NCBI GenBank assembly: GCA_050261755.1
Contig: JBLNDP010000161.1
Location: 1 to 44,130, forward strand
Reading direction: 5' to 3'
Length of the DNA: 44,130 nucleotides
From: Clostridia bacterium
Lineage (GTDB): Bacteria; Pseudomonadota; Gammaproteobacteria; Burkholderiales; SG8-39
Shown here: piece by piece, positions 42,887-44,130 of the stretch
How the letters are laid out: every line of letters begins with the position of its first letter
How positions within the stretch are numbered: the first letter of the stretch is position 1
Translations under genes and position numbers: made by a program
The notes under the pieces: generated by a model
The model's database searches: none
What the model was told of the DNA's origin: nothing
The model's input: the letters and a program-made list of their open reading frames with translations, nothing else

Positions 42887-44130
42887 GCGCGGCTCGCCGC
42901 GAGCTTTCGCAGCTCGGTCTTCAGCACCTTCCCGTAGTTGTTCTTCGGCAGCGCCTCGACGAAGCGGTATTCGCGCGGCCGCTTGAATCGCGCGATGTTG
43001 TTCTTGCAAACGTCGTCCAGCTCTTCGGCGTTCACCGGAGACCGGATAACAAGAAAGGCAACGACTTCCTCGCCCCACTCGGGATGCGCCCGGCCGACGA
43101 CGGAGCACTCGGCCACCGCGGGGTGCTTGAGGAGCACTTCCTCGATCTCGCGCGGATAGATGTTCGAGCCGCCGGAGATGATGAGGTCCTTCGAGCGGTC
43201 GCGGATCGTGAGGAAGCCTTGCTCGTCCATGCTGCCGACGTCGCCGGTGTGCAGCCAGCCGCCGCGCAGCGTCTTCGCGGTCGCCTCCGCGTTCTGCCAG
43301 TAGCCGGCCATCACGCAATCGGAGCGCGTCGCGATCTCGCCGGTTTCGCCCGGCGGAAGCTCACGGTCGTTGTCGTCGAGGATCTTCACCTCAACGCCGG
43401 TACGGGGGAAGCCGACCGTCTCGAGCTTTTCCTTGCGGGCGTGGAAGGACTGCGGCAGCCCCGTGATGGTCATCGGCGACTCCCCCTGGCCGTAAAGGTC
43501 GTACAGCCGAGGCCCGAAGAGGTCGATCGCGCGCTCGCAATCGGCGACGTACATCGGCGCGCCGCCGTAGACGATCGTCTTGAGCTTTTCCGGCGTCCGG
43601 GCGGACCGGGTCGCGAGCAGGCGCACCACCATGGTGGGCGCGGCGAAGAACGACGTGTTCGGCCAGCGCTCGAGCAAGGCGAAGATCTCTTCCGGATCGA
43701 AGTGACCGCTCTCCGGGATCACGTTCACCGCCCCCGAGGCGAAGTGCGGCAGCGCGTAGAGCCCCGACCCGTGCGATAACGGCGCCGCGTGCAGGATCGC
43801 GTCTTCGGGCGAGAGCTTGTCGATGTCGGCGAAGTAGCACTGCGTCGCGAAGAGCAGGTTGCGGTTCGTGAGCATCGCGCCCTTCGGCACGCCGGTCGTG
43901 CCGCTCGTGTAGAACAGCCACGCGGTGGCATCCGGGCTTAGTGCCTCCGGCTCCGTATTTCGTTCCTGCGTGAAAAGTCTTTCATATTCAGGTCCCGGAA
44001 CCGGGAGCACAGGGGAGGGCACCGTTTCGTGGAGATCGCGCGTAGCGAAGGAGAGCTTCGCGCCTGAGTTCTCGACGATGTACGCGAACTCCTTCGCGTG
44101 CAGCTTGGCGTTCATCGGCACCGCGACGAG
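42883..44130 (-). CDS. long-chain acyl-CoA synthetase / AMP-dependent ligase, 5' partial
   Basis: WLFYTSGTTGVPKG, YGQGE, WLHTGD.G, DRSKDLIISGGSNIYPREIE and LPKNNYGK motifs; the frame runs off the window end. Confidence 0.93.
   Translation of the reverse strand, partial: LVAVPMNAKLHAKEFAYIVENSGAKLSFATRDLHETVPSPVLPVPGPEYERLFTQERNTEPEALSPDATAWLFYTSGTTGVPKGAMLTNRNLLFATQCYFADIDKLSPEDAILHAAPLSHGSGLYALPHFASGAVNVIPESGHFDPEEIFALLERWPNTSFFAAPTMVVRLLATRSARTPEKLKTIVYGGAPMYVADCERAIDLFGPRLYDLYGQGESPMTITGLPQSFHARKEKLETVGFPRTGVEVKILDDNDRELPPGETGEIATRSDCVMAGYWQNAEATAKTLRGGWLHTGDVGSMDEQGFLTIRDRSKDLIISGGSNIYPREIEEVLLKHPAVAECSVVGRAHPEWGEEVVAFLVIRSPVNAEELDDVCKNNIARFKRPREYRFVEALPKNNYGKVLKTELRKLAASRA

Noticed and set aside
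42304-43779. 491-aa plus-strand ORF
   Set aside because: It is off-frame to the lipoprotein gene and antisense to the acyl-CoA synthetase, with no motifs.

Overview
A gene-dense, high-GC bacterial chromosomal window, probably from a betaproteobacterium (Burkholderiales/Rhodocyclales-like; inferred from the Bug/TctC binding protein, tandem BamE-domain lipoprotein and Hsp33 type). I see no rRNA, tRNA, CRISPR array, transposase or prophage gene. From left to right it contains: the 3' end of an Old Yellow Enzyme gene, folE and an Hsp33 that keeps only two of the four zinc-switch cysteines; a ~16 kb alpha-glucan/trehalose operon (glgB, glgE, treS-maltokinase fusion, TM-helix membrane protein, glgX, treZ, malQ-treY fusion, DUF4112) with no glgA/glgC; a LysR-controlled VanA-like Rieske oxygenase whose gene overlaps a signal-peptide-less binding-protein-fold gene; a patch of small accessory genes (RidA, DUF3750-like, secreted Pro/Tyr-rich protein, Spy/CpxP-like, TMEM175 channel plus a conserved hypothetical, a DksA/TraR zinc-finger-PAS fusion); LysR-Bug; a Liv-type ABC importer divergent from MarR-SnoaL-feruloyl-CoA synthetase-amidohydrolase; rtcB-Bcr/CflA-Tat intradiol dioxygenase-like; a PAS-GGDEF-EAL gene with a degenerate EAL domain; ferredoxin; a BamE-like lipoprotein; and a partial acyl-CoA synthetase. 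A 23-bp REP-like palindrome (AAATCGGGGACG-n4-CCGATTT) occurs four times. The best candidates for novelty are the DksA zinc-finger-PAS fusion, the Rieske plus cytoplasmic binding-protein-fold pair, the two-Cys Hsp33, the TMEM175-coupled hypothetical and the REP-like family. All family assignments come from motif recognition by eye; no database searches were run.
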